Virus record (IMG/VR): IMGVR_UViG_3300044701_003269
Span: 32,001-96,000 of that record
DNA length: 64,000 nucleotides
Strand: one strand, 5' to 3'
Source: a virus
The position numbers and the translations under genes are program-made. A model generated the notes under the pieces. The model was not told where the DNA came from. It made no database searches and saw nothing but the letters and a program-made list of their open reading frames with translations. Positions 37,101 through 46,200 of the stretch are shown here, one piece after another. Every line of letters begins with the position of its first letter. Positions within the stretch are counted from its first letter, which is position 1.

Positions 37101-39595
37101 TAAATAGAGACAATTTAGTTTCTGATCCAGAAGCAACTGTAAGTTATGCTTTACCCGAACCTATCGGACAAGTAACGATAGATGAACCACAAAATAGTAT
37201 TACAAGAGAAACAATTGAAAAAGTAGTTTCTGATTTTGGATTTGGTGTCGGTGTAGGTATTACTAACATCGTATCAAATGCAACAGGAACAGCACACACG
37301 ATTTTCACCTCAGCAGATCATGGGCTAAACAGACTAACTGGATTCTCTATTGTTAGTGGAGGAACTGGATATGGTACAGGTGTAGGAACTGAAGTCTTCT
37401 ATAATGCTAAACTTATTGGCGGATCAGGCACTGGAGAAAACGCAACTGCAAGAATTACAGTTAATTCTGGATCTGTAACCAACATAAAGATTATGGATGG
37501 TGGTAGTGCTTTTGGTATTGGAAATACTTTCTCTGTTCTTGGAGTTGCAACCACTACTGGATTTTCTCCTGCTACTGTAACGGTAACATCAATTTATGAT
37601 AATACCGATGAAATTATTCAGATTACTGGAATTAGTTCCTTAGGATTTAGAAATTACAATAGTCTCTATAGAATTTCTGCAGTTGATCCTGGTTCTTCAA
37701 ATAAATTTGAAGTTATACCTATATCAGCAGTAACTCCAGTTTCTCAGTCTGGAATTGGTAGTCTTATCACTGTAAATGCTAGTGCTTCTCTGGTTGGCAA
37801 ATCTGTCGGAGTTTCTTCACTAAGATATAACTCAACAACAGGAATTGCAACTGTCACAACAACCAGTAGCCATGGTTTTAATGTTGATAATGTAATTTCC
37901 CTTGGCGGAGCAGACAATTCCCTATATAATGACTCATTTATAGTTAATAGAGTTAATAGTCTATCTTCATTTGAAATTGTAGTTGGAGTAGGAACAACTG
38001 CACCTGCAGGGTCTGGAACAATTTATGCATTTAGAAGAGGTATTGCTTCAAATGCAGGAAATGTAACTGTAACTGATGAAAACATTGATGGACGTTTATA
38101 TGCAAAATATGATAATGTATCCACTACTTTATCTGCTAATATTACAGGACCAACAGTAAATACTATTACTATTCCTGTTACTGGTCTAGACTTAAACGTT
38201 GGAGATTATCTTGAAATAGGTAACGAAATTGTTAGAATTAAATCAACGGTAACGAGTAATATAGTTTCTGTTTATAGAGGTGTTCTTGGAACATCAAGCG
38301 GCACTCATCCTTCTGGAACAATTGTCAGAAGAATTAAACCTTTCCCTGTAGAACTGAGAAGGCACTCTATTATTCGTGCATCAGGACACACATTTGAATA
38401 TGTTGGTTATGGTCCTGGTAATTACTCTACTGCATTCCCAGATCGTCAAGATCGCCAAATTTCACCACAAGAAGAAATAGTTTCTCAATCATTCAAAAAT
38501 GATGGAGGTATCAACTTCTTCAGTGGAATGAATGATAAGGGAACTTCTTATTCTGGCAATAAAAAATTAAGCACCATTTCGGGCCAAGAAGAAATATTTG
38601 ATACTCCTATTCGAACAATTACTGGTGAAGATATTTCTTTCCAACCTTCAATTAACATCACTAGCGCAGTTGAAGGAAACTTCAGCAATTCAATCAGTGT
38701 TGAAGGTGGCCCAGACAATAAAGTAACATCAAAATTTGACGGTCCTGTTGTTTTCTCCAACAAATTAACATCAATATCGGACAAAGGAATAGAAGCACAT
38801 TCATTATTCTTACAAGGTGATGCTACTATTTCTAGAAACTTTACTGTTGGTGTTTCCACCCCAACGAATGCAGGAAACCCTGGAGATGTTGTTTATAAGG
38901 CAACTCCAGAAAGTGGTGGTTATAGTGGTTGGGTTTATACTTCACATAATGACTGGAAGAGATTTGGACCTATTAGTACCTCATCAAGTTCTGTCAATAT
39001 AGTTGTCGATCAAATAGATGCTACATCATTCATTGGAACATTCATTGGGGATGGATCAAATCTGACTAATGTTTCTGATATTTGGGAAGTTGATGCTATT
39101 GGTATTCATACTAATACTCCTATTGGTATTGGAACTACTAGTGCAAGAGCAGGTTTCGGTCTGTATGTTGAAGGTAGTACATCAATTAATGGAACTCTAA
39201 GAGTTTTTGAAATTATTGAAACTGCAACTATTAGTTCTGGCATTTTGACTGCAACAACTCAAAATATTGACTTGGGTGATAATAATGTTTACTATTATAC
39301 TTCAGAGGCCGCGGACAACTGGACTATAAACTTTAGAAGTAATGCTTCTCAGACTTTGAATGACTTCTTGACAGTTGGAGAATCTACAACCGTTGCAATA
39401 TTGACAACTCAAGGATCCACTGCATATTATAACAGCACGGTTCAAATCGATGGTGTAAACCAATCCGTAAAATATTATGGAGGTGTTCCAATAACTTCAG
39501 GAAACCCCAATAGTATTGACGTATATACCTATGTAATTATTAAAACTGCAGCGAATACCTACACGGTTCTTTATTCTCAGTCTCAATATACTTAA
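34136..39595 (+). CDS. large virion structural / tail fibre-like protein (1819 aa)
   Basis: MGLSRLDNFLKN, PFKTIQRA beta-helix cap, SITNSNSNFG, RASGHTFEYVGYGPGNYSTAFP. Confidence 0.8.
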   Translation: MGLSRLDNFLKNTRGEILYVDPSSADSTDSIENRGNSLTRPFKTIQRAFIEAARFSYQRGLDNDRFGKTTIMLYPGEHIIDNRPGWIPISTNGGTFQTRSGDIETDFQEFDRATNFDINSENNVLYKFNSIHGGVIVPRGTSLVGIDLRKTKIRPKYIPDPVNSNIERSAIFRLTGICYMWQFSILDADPNGSCFKDYTSNSFVPNFSHHKLTAFEYADGVNNINIDDNFLTYSAEKTDLDIYYEKIGIAYGPSSGREILPETISSPLDIQPKIDEFRIVGSKGGDVGITSIKAGNGIIPTTTVTVTLEENDLGLDVDTPIRIEGINASGYDGQFVVSEVVSSTEIKYQVSNPPVEALPAVTGSTLNISVDTVTSASPYVFNISMRSVYGMCGLHADGNKANGFKSMVVAQFTGIGLQKDDNAFVKYNSTSGLYEDSTVSGNENIHTDSRARFKPDYENYHIKCSNEGFIQVVSVFAIGYANHFLAETGGDLSITNSNSNFGAKALVSSGFRLNAFPKDDVGYITHIIPPKEYEPTETTLEFSAIDIAKTVGIASTNRLYLYEETNRWIPPDNVLEGYRIGAKPGDTLNVLLSQSGITTQFSARIIMPDTEFSGNEITAEKSYRVSTSGGSNSISSNIITLTTSHSLNDGETVRVLSNNGQLPDGIVPNHVYYAITTGLSANQLKIAQSLNDALDGSEVSINNKGGVLTVVSRVSDKHTGDVGHPIQWDSTEGQWYINVATASSENSIYSNIIGFGTTGLGDASSRTFINRQYDARILDDSIYRVRYVIPKDSPETARPPSDGFIIQESNSTIGNTNTEIAYQFNPSSVTLSNVTDLRNQKIIANATWDGTQANIITEIPHKLQVGSEVKILNVASTGNLAGAANSAYNGTFTVAGISSSKHFSYALANDPGTFTNDVSSRTSSLPYYQRKRYNTTYVIYKTKEIKRYIKNEQDGIYHLTLLNASNSPNVAPFDNVRLIQPIVNLYPQLNRDNLVSDPEATVSYALPEPIGQVTIDEPQNSITRETIEKVVSDFGFGVGVGITNIVSNATGTAHTIFTSADHGLNRLTGFSIVSGGTGYGTGVGTEVFYNAKLIGGSGTGENATARITVNSGSVTNIKIMDGGSAFGIGNTFSVLGVATTTGFSPATVTVTSIYDNTDEIIQITGISSLGFRNYNSLYRISAVDPGSSNKFEVIPISAVTPVSQSGIGSLITVNASASLVGKSVGVSSLRYNSTTGIATVTTTSSHGFNVDNVISLGGADNSLYNDSFIVNRVNSLSSFEIVVGVGTTAPAGSGTIYAFRRGIASNAGNVTVTDENIDGRLYAKYDNVSTTLSANITGPTVNTITIPVTGLDLNVGDYLEIGNEIVRIKSTVTSNIVSVYRGVLGTSSGTHPSGTIVRRIKPFPVELRRHSIIRASGHTFEYVGYGPGNYSTAFPDRQDRQISPQEEIVSQSFKNDGGINFFSGMNDKGTSYSGNKKLSTISGQEEIFDTPIRTITGEDISFQPSINITSAVEGNFSNSISVEGGPDNKVTSKFDGPVVFSNKLTSISDKGIEAHSLFLQGDATISRNFTVGVSTPTNAGNPGDVVYKATPESGGYSGWVYTSHNDWKRFGPISTSSSSVNIVVDQIDATSFIGTFIGDGSNLTNVSDIWEVDAIGIHTNTPIGIGTTSARAGFGLYVEGSTSINGTLRVFEIIETATISSGILTATTQNIDLGDNNVYYYTSEAADNWTINFRSNASQTLNDFLTVGESTTVAILTTQGSTAYYNSTVQIDGVNQSVKYYGGVPITSGNPNSIDVYTYVIIKTAANTYTVLYSQSQYT

Positions 39596-39607
39596 GGAGA
39601 AAGATAA

Positions 39608-42600
39608 ATGAGTCCACTTCTAGGTGCCATAGGAGATGCCTCTGAATACGCATACAGAGGAACACTTGATGATGTCCCTGAGGATTTTAATTTTACTAGT
39701 ATAGTTGATGCGGAGCCAGGTGTAGCATACACAACTGGTCCAATTACAATTACTGGACTCAACAATAAAGTTCAAGTGGTTGTGAGTGCAGGAGCATCAA
39801 TTGCCGTAAACAGTGGTATCTTTACAAGTGGACCAACATTTATAAGAAGTAATGACACAATAGCAATTTATACTCCAACTACTCAAGGAACTGATGATGA
39901 TTTTTCTAAAACTTATACAATAACAGCAACGGTTGGCCAAACTTCAAAAGATTGGACTGTAACAACAAGAGATAAAGATTCATTACCAGATTCTTTTTCA
40001 TTTACAACCGCAACGAATCAGGAACTTGATACTACGGTAACAAGTAATACAATTATTTTATCTGGATTAGAACCAACAGTTTCTTCAGGAGCACTTATTA
40101 CATCTGGTATTGGATCTTTTAGCAAAAATGGAGGAGTTCCAGGAACTGCTTCTACTGTAGGAAATGGGGATTCATTAGCTGTTGTATTACAATCTCCAAT
40201 TGATTATTCAAAAACAAACACAACGACATTGCAAGTTGGTACTTTTAGTACTGATTTTTCTGTTGTAACCAGAGATGCTGATACTACAGTAGACCAATTT
40301 TTCTTTACCAATTTTACAAACGTAGCTATATCATCTTCTTTTGACAGCAACTCAATTACTCTAAGTGGCGCAGATACAAATACTGTAGATGCACCTGTTC
40401 CATTAACTGCAACAGTAACTGGTGGATTTTTGAAAGTAGATAGAGGTGCTATCCCCATTAGAGATTTTAGTGTAGATCCTATTACGGTTTTTAATGGAGA
40501 TACTCTCACCTTAAAAATTAATTCTTCTCCGAGTTATAGTGAAATCAGAAATGCAACATTATCTATCACTGGGGTCAATACTCCTGTTGGGGTTGCAAGC
40601 ACATTTAGCGTTACGACAAGGCCAAATATAAGTGATACTGTAGTAAATAACTTCCAATTCGTAGATAAATCAAATCAAGATAGAGGTGTACTCGTAATTA
40701 GTGATCCAATCACAATTTCTGGCATAACAACAGGTGCTGATGATTTTGCAAGTATTTTTCTAACAAATAATGCTGATGGTGGAGAGTTTAGAATAACAAG
40801 AAATGGAGTCGTTGTCAGAGATTTTGGTACTGCAAATAGTGGAGTTCGCCAAGGAGATCTTGTAGATCTTAGAATTAGAACATCACCAGCATCTGAAGGA
40901 ACTGTTCTTACTAATGTGAATATTGCAGGAACAGATAATAATGATATTAATAATGTTTTTAGTCAAACACGTACTGATACCTGGGTGGTTAAAAGTGCTA
41001 AGAGAAACTGTCCCCTATCTTTACCAACTTTTCAAACCGTTACTGGCGTAAATCCTGGTACAGTTCAATCAGTTACATTTATTCCAGCAGGTTATGATAC
41101 TGACTGTAATGTAAAAGTCAGTACATCAAATTCAAATTCTACTCTTTCTGTAGGAGGTACAACAGGAAATAATTTAGTAGTTGCTCCTGGAGTTGCTTGT
41201 ACGGTATTTTTGACTGCAGGATCATTTGGCCAAAGTAGGACCACAACGATAACGTTAACTGCAAATAATAATATTCCAACTCCAATTTCTACAACATCCA
41301 ATTTCACAGTAACTACAAGAGCATCATCAGATCCCACAATTACTAGGTTTACCGTAACTCCAAGCACAGTTCAATGCGGACAACAAGCAGTCATAGAGTG
41401 GGCTACACAAAATACAGTTTCTATTTCACCTAGTGGATTCTCTGGAGTAACTACATCAGGATTTGCTTTTGTCACACCAACATCAAATACAACTTATTCA
41501 TTAACTGCAACTGGACCTGATGCAACCACACAAACACTAAGTGTGCCGGTTATTGTTACGGGAGTAACTAACGCAACTCTACAAGCAGATTTTCAGTCAA
41601 TTCCTTTTAATGACACTGCAACTTTATTCTGGAGTACTCAAGGTGCAGCATTTATTTCCAATAATTTTGGTGCTCCCAGCAGTCAATTAAGTGGTTCAAA
41701 AGTTGTTGGCCCTTTAAAGCAAACAACAACATATACTCTAACTGCTTTTTCAGGATCTTCGTGTCCAAATTCTCCACAACGATCAGTAACCATCAATGTT
41801 GCTCCCTGTACCGAAGAAGTTACAACAGAAAGTATTGTGTCGGGAGTAGATCTAACATTCACTGTCGCCAATGCTGGTAATGGTTTTGCCGATTATCTTA
41901 CTAGTTTTGGTGGTTTTAATCTTTCTAGTCCAGCAAGAGCACCTATTAGCGGTGGAACCCAAACTTTTCAATCCGGACCTACCCTTGGGTCATATGGTGC
42001 AGGAACTTGCTCTAGTTTTCAATCAGATTCTTGTGTGGCATTCGCTCAATTCAATTCTCCTTCTCAAGCTTGGCAAGTTCCTGCTGGAGTTACTCAAATT
42101 CAAGTAACTGTTCTTGGTGCTGGTGGTGGAGGAGCAGGAGGAGGTTCCTCTGTGAGAGGTGGACGTGGTGGAGATGGAGCTCAAACTTCAATAACTGTAA
42201 ATGTTAGTCCCGGACAATTTGTTAGATATGATGTTGGTGCTGGAGGACAAGGAGGTCCACAATGTGAGTCGGGTAATATTGGTGGGGGTGGTATTGGTGG
42301 TGGACCAGGAGGAACAACATTTGCCAGATTTGATAACGGACAGTTTTGTTATGCAACAGGTGGTGGAGGCGGCCGCAGATCTAACTTCCAAACTCTTGAT
42401 GGATCTCCTGGATTTAGTGATCCTGGAGGAAGTCTTAATTTCAGTAGTGGAGGTCTTGGTGGTACTTCTGGAAACTTCCGTGGAATATGTATCGGCGGTA
42501 GAGGAGGCCAGGGTCAGGGAGGAAGACTTTTCATAACTTATACGCAAAATATAGAGGGCGCAAGTTGGAGTTCTCTTCTTAGCACAATTGTTAATCAGTT

Positions 42601-42766
42601 CCAATCATCTTTTAATAGAAAACCAACTGCGGATGAAGCTTTTGAATATATAAGTCAATACGTAAATTCTAGTATAGATCTTGGTACTTTAGCTTCACGA
42701 ATTTCTTCTTCTGGTGCATTTAGATCTTCTACTGGTCTCATATCTTTTTGTGGCGCTAGATTATAA
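39608..42766 (+). CDS. virion protein with Ig-like repeats and glycine-rich domain
   Basis: Repeated PD.F.F...TT beta modules; C-terminal Gly-rich region. Confidence 0.7.
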   Translation: MSPLLGAIGDASEYAYRGTLDDVPEDFNFTSIVDAEPGVAYTTGPITITGLNNKVQVVVSAGASIAVNSGIFTSGPTFIRSNDTIAIYTPTTQGTDDDFSKTYTITATVGQTSKDWTVTTRDKDSLPDSFSFTTATNQELDTTVTSNTIILSGLEPTVSSGALITSGIGSFSKNGGVPGTASTVGNGDSLAVVLQSPIDYSKTNTTTLQVGTFSTDFSVVTRDADTTVDQFFFTNFTNVAISSSFDSNSITLSGADTNTVDAPVPLTATVTGGFLKVDRGAIPIRDFSVDPITVFNGDTLTLKINSSPSYSEIRNATLSITGVNTPVGVASTFSVTTRPNISDTVVNNFQFVDKSNQDRGVLVISDPITISGITTGADDFASIFLTNNADGGEFRITRNGVVVRDFGTANSGVRQGDLVDLRIRTSPASEGTVLTNVNIAGTDNNDINNVFSQTRTDTWVVKSAKRNCPLSLPTFQTVTGVNPGTVQSVTFIPAGYDTDCNVKVSTSNSNSTLSVGGTTGNNLVVAPGVACTVFLTAGSFGQSRTTTITLTANNNIPTPISTTSNFTVTTRASSDPTITRFTVTPSTVQCGQQAVIEWATQNTVSISPSGFSGVTTSGFAFVTPTSNTTYSLTATGPDATTQTLSVPVIVTGVTNATLQADFQSIPFNDTATLFWSTQGAAFISNNFGAPSSQLSGSKVVGPLKQTTTYTLTAFSGSSCPNSPQRSVTINVAPCTEEVTTESIVSGVDLTFTVANAGNGFADYLTSFGGFNLSSPARAPISGGTQTFQSGPTLGSYGAGTCSSFQSDSCVAFAQFNSPSQAWQVPAGVTQIQVTVLGAGGGGAGGGSSVRGGRGGDGAQTSITVNVSPGQFVRYDVGAGGQGGPQCESGNIGGGGIGGGPGGTTFARFDNGQFCYATGGGGGRRSNFQTLDGSPGFSDPGGSLNFSSGGLGGTSGNFRGICIGGRGGQGQGGRLFITYTQNIEGASWSSLLSTIVNQFQSSFNRKPTADEAFEYISQYVNSSIDLGTLASRISSSGAFRSSTGLISFCGARL

Positions 42767-42831
42767 TAAAACTATAATTATTTAAATGTGTGTCATATCA
42801 TAAATACTTAAAAGTTTCTATACCATAACCA

Positions 42832-43167
42832 ATGGCAGCAGTAAGCGAAGTACATTTAGTTATTCATAAAGGAACTTACTTTGAGGAAACCTTTTCATTA
42901 AGTGCGGAGGATGGTGGTGTTCTTAATTTGACAAACACTACTGCAGTTTCAAAACTCAAAAAGCATCCAACTGCTGGTATTGCTTACACTTTTTCTACCA
43001 CTATTACAGTTGGTGATAGTACTGTAAAGATTTCAATGCCAGGGGCTTTAACTCAAACTTTACCCAGCGGTAGATGTGTTTATGATTTGGTTTTAACATC
43101 TTCTAGTGGATTGCATTCCAAAGTCGTAACAGGAACCGCACTAGTTCAGGAGTCAGTAAGCGTATGA
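42832..43167 (+). CDS. small virion structural protein
   Basis: I.KGT.F, LPSGR.VYD, V..G...V pattern; late motif upstream. Confidence 0.65.
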   Translation: MAAVSEVHLVIHKGTYFEETFSLSAEDGGVLNLTNTTAVSKLKKHPTAGIAYTFSTTITVGDSTVKISMPGALTQTLPSGRCVYDLVLTSSSGLHSKVVTGTALVQESVSV

Positions 43168-43457
43168 CTTACCAAGTTAGAGTATCTTCAAAATCTAAAA
43201 TCAAAGCAACCGTAGCATCAGGAGTAATCATGGCTAGAACTCTGGATGAACTATTAGATGTAGATGTCTCTGGAGTAAATGATAAGTATGTGATTATGTA
43301 TGACGCAACAACGCAGAAATATACTGCGGTTAATCCAGATGAAGTTTTCTCTGCAGCAACGTCAGAACCAATTCAACCTGGATTACCTAATGATTTTATG
43401 GATATGTTGGATGACGATTTGGATAACCGTATTGATTTCGATGGCGGCAGTTTTTGA
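43164..43457 (+). CDS. small virion protein
   Basis: L.EL.DVD, D.G.F C-terminus; ATGA-coupled. Confidence 0.65.
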   Translation: MTYQVRVSSKSKIKATVASGVIMARTLDELLDVDVSGVNDKYVIMYDATTQKYTAVNPDEVFSAATSEPIQPGLPNDFMDMLDDDLDNRIDFDGGSF

Positions 43458-43492
43458 ATACTAAATAATAATATAATAAAAAAAAGAAGAAG

Positions 43493-45901
43493 ATGACTGC
43501 ACCTGTTATTCAGTTTAAGAGGGGTCTTCTTGCTAATCTTCCCGGTTTAAGGGCAGGTGAACCTGGTTTTACTACAGATAGTTACGATCTGTATGTTGGT
43601 CTTACCTCAGAAACATCAACTAATAAATTCTTTGGATCTCATAGATATTGGACTAAGGAAACAGAATCTACTGGAAGTGGATTAAACCTTGTAGAGGGAA
43701 CTTCCAATGGTTCTGATTATATTACTATCCAATCTCCCAATTCTCTTGCTGGAATTGTAACTTATATCCTTCCAGGAGTTCAAGGTGCCGTTCAAAGTGT
43801 ATTAACAAATGATGGAAGTGGAAATCTAACCTGGGCTAGTGGTTCGCTGAACGCAGTATTCAGTGGTATTACTACGATTGGTGGAGATTTTCTTGATGTA
43901 AATGTCAACAGTGATTTTGCTGGCATCACGACATTCAGCAATACCGAAGATAATACATTAGGCGATCCAAATACAGGTGCCGTTCAAATTGACGGTGGTT
44001 TAGGTGTTGATAAGAACGTAACGATTGGAGCAGGCCTCTCTGTTTCTGGAGAATCATACTTTATTGGCACTGCAACCTTCTATGGTGGTACTTTAAATCT
44101 TGGTGATAGTGATGGAGATAATATTAACGTAGCTGGTGAGTTTGTTTCCAATCTAACTCCAAATGCTGACGATACATATGATATTGGCGATAATTCTACA
44201 CCTAAGAGATGGAGACACTCAGCATTCTCTGGTGTAGGTACATTTGCAACTGGTGTTGTTGCCGACAATGTTCGCCTTGGAATTGGAGGTAATGGCGTAG
44301 TTGATACTACATCAGGTTCTCTTTATCTAGATTCGGCAAGTGGAACTACAATAGTTAATGACCGTTTAGATGTTCTTGGTGACTTAGATGTAGCCGGAAA
44401 CGTTTTCATTGGTGGAACAACAGTTACTCTTCGTGGTGAAGATGTCTTCATTGAAAACAAAGATATTGTTCTTGGATATACAACTTCAATAACTCCAAAT
44501 GATACAACTGCAAATCACGCAGGTGTTGCCATTGCATCAACAGAAGGCACTCCGTTAGTACCTTTTGCTGCATCTGGAATTAATACTCTTCCAGACACAT
44601 ATAAGCAATTGATGTGGTTCCGTAGCGGAACTCTTGGATTTGCAACTGATGCATTTGCCTTTAACTATGGTGTGGCAATTGGAACCACAACAATGGCAGA
44701 CGGAGTTCGTCTTGCTGTTGGTTCTAGCGTTACAATATCTGATGATACTATTACGGCACCAAATTTATCATTAACTTCCGCAACAGTAAGCAACTTAACA
44801 CAAGGCAGAGTTGTTCTTGCAGGAGCATCAGGAATTCTTGAAGATAGTGCAAATCTTACTTTTGGCGCGGGTGGTTTAATAGTTGGTGCTGGTGGAATTA
44901 ATGTTACTGGAGTTTCAACATTCTCGACAGATTTGGTTGTTGGTGGTGACGTAAGAATTAACGGCAACGATATTCAAGCATCTGATGGAAATGCTAATAT
45001 CACATTAACTTCCAACACACTAACAGCATTTGCGGGTGATATTAGAGTTAATGGAAATGATATTCAAGCATCCGATGGAAATGCTAATATCACGCTAACT
45101 TCAAATACCCTGACAACATTTGCTGGTGATATTAAGGTCTCCGGTAATGATATTCAAGCATCTGATGGAAATGCTAACATTACATTAACCTCTAATACAT
45201 TAACCACATTTGCTGGTGATATTAAGGTTACTGGTAATGACATTCAAGCATCTGATGGTAACACCAATATTACATTAACCTCTAATACATTAACAACATT
45301 TTCTGGTGACATTAAGGTTACTGGTAATGACATTCAAGCATCTGATGGAACTACTGCCATCACAATGTCCTCCGCAAATGTTACTGTTGCTGGAGACTTA
45401 ACTGTCGGTGGTAGTGATATTAAGGCAGCAGACGGAACTACTGCATTAACACTTGCCAATTCTACTGGTGCTGTTACCACATCAAATGACTTGACCGTTA
45501 GTGGAAATCTTTTTGTTTCTGGCAACACAACTCAAGTCAATACAGCAGCTCTAACTGTAGAAGATAGAACGATTGATTTGGGTATTGTGAATGGTGCTGC
45601 ACCAGCATCTTCAACTACTTGGGATTTGGGTGTCCTTTTTAATTATCATTCAGGTGGTTCTGCAAAGAAATCTGCGGTTATTTGGGAACACGGAGACACC
45701 AGATTTAAGTTTGCAAGTGTTCTCTCTGCAGATACTGATGGTTCTGATAATAGTACTCCACAACTTTCAGTTACAACCTTTGCTCCCATCGAAATTGGTG
45801 CATTATGGGTAAATGATTGTGCTGGTTCCTCTCAGGTTATTTCTTGCACTGGCACTGAAAGATTCCTTGAGAATATCACTATTGATGCTGGAACTTTCTG
45901 A
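43493..45901 (+). CDS. tail fibre protein
   Basis: IQFKRG...L.AGEPGF N-terminal module; 30-aa repeats; IDAGTF end. Confidence 0.75.
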   Translation: MTAPVIQFKRGLLANLPGLRAGEPGFTTDSYDLYVGLTSETSTNKFFGSHRYWTKETESTGSGLNLVEGTSNGSDYITIQSPNSLAGIVTYILPGVQGAVQSVLTNDGSGNLTWASGSLNAVFSGITTIGGDFLDVNVNSDFAGITTFSNTEDNTLGDPNTGAVQIDGGLGVDKNVTIGAGLSVSGESYFIGTATFYGGTLNLGDSDGDNINVAGEFVSNLTPNADDTYDIGDNSTPKRWRHSAFSGVGTFATGVVADNVRLGIGGNGVVDTTSGSLYLDSASGTTIVNDRLDVLGDLDVAGNVFIGGTTVTLRGEDVFIENKDIVLGYTTSITPNDTTANHAGVAIASTEGTPLVPFAASGINTLPDTYKQLMWFRSGTLGFATDAFAFNYGVAIGTTTMADGVRLAVGSSVTISDDTITAPNLSLTSATVSNLTQGRVVLAGASGILEDSANLTFGAGGLIVGAGGINVTGVSTFSTDLVVGGDVRINGNDIQASDGNANITLTSNTLTAFAGDIRVNGNDIQASDGNANITLTSNTLTTFAGDIKVSGNDIQASDGNANITLTSNTLTTFAGDIKVTGNDIQASDGNTNITLTSNTLTTFSGDIKVTGNDIQASDGTTAITMSSANVTVAGDLTVGGSDIKAADGTTALTLANSTGAVTTSNDLTVSGNLFVSGNTTQVNTAALTVEDRTIDLGIVNGAAPASSTTWDLGVLFNYHSGGSAKKSAVIWEHGDTRFKFASVLSADTDGSDNSTPQLSVTTFAPIEIGALWVNDCAGSSQVISCTGTERFLENITIDAGTF
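44945..45460 (+). repeat. 90-bp (30-aa) tandem repeat, ~4 near-perfect plus 2 degenerate copies
   Basis: GDI(R/K)VxGNDIQASDGNANITLTSNTLTTFA. Confidence 0.9.
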
Positions 45902-45924
45902 TAATTTAAATTAGATAATCTCTA

Positions 45925-45955
45925 AATACACCTAGTCAACTAGGTGTATTTTTTT
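45925..45955 (+). terminator. terminator hairpin overlapping a late motif
   Basis: AATACACCTAG-tcaa-CTAGGTGTATT + T-run; CTAAATA at its 5' end. Confidence 0.65.
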
Positions 45956-46144
45956 ATGTCTGAAGAAGATTTGAAGTTGGTTCTTTCAAAATATCAACAA
46001 AAAACATTTGAGTTATTCAACCAAAATATTGTATTGGAAACTCAAGTAGAAAAACTAAATTCAACAATACAAGTATTAAATTTAGAATTAGAAAAGTTAA
46101 AGAAGCCTAAAAGAGGAGCAAAAGCGGAGGATGAATTCTCATAA
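45956..46144 (+). CDS. small coiled-coil protein
   Basis: MSEEDLK...QNIVLETQ. Confidence 0.7.
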   Translation: MSEEDLKLVLSKYQQKTFELFNQNIVLETQVEKLNSTIQVLNLELEKLKKPKRGAKAEDEFS

Positions 46145-46200
46145 ATAATAAAAACTCTTATATAAGAGTTTCTACGGTCTCTACCAAAATGAGAGGTTGA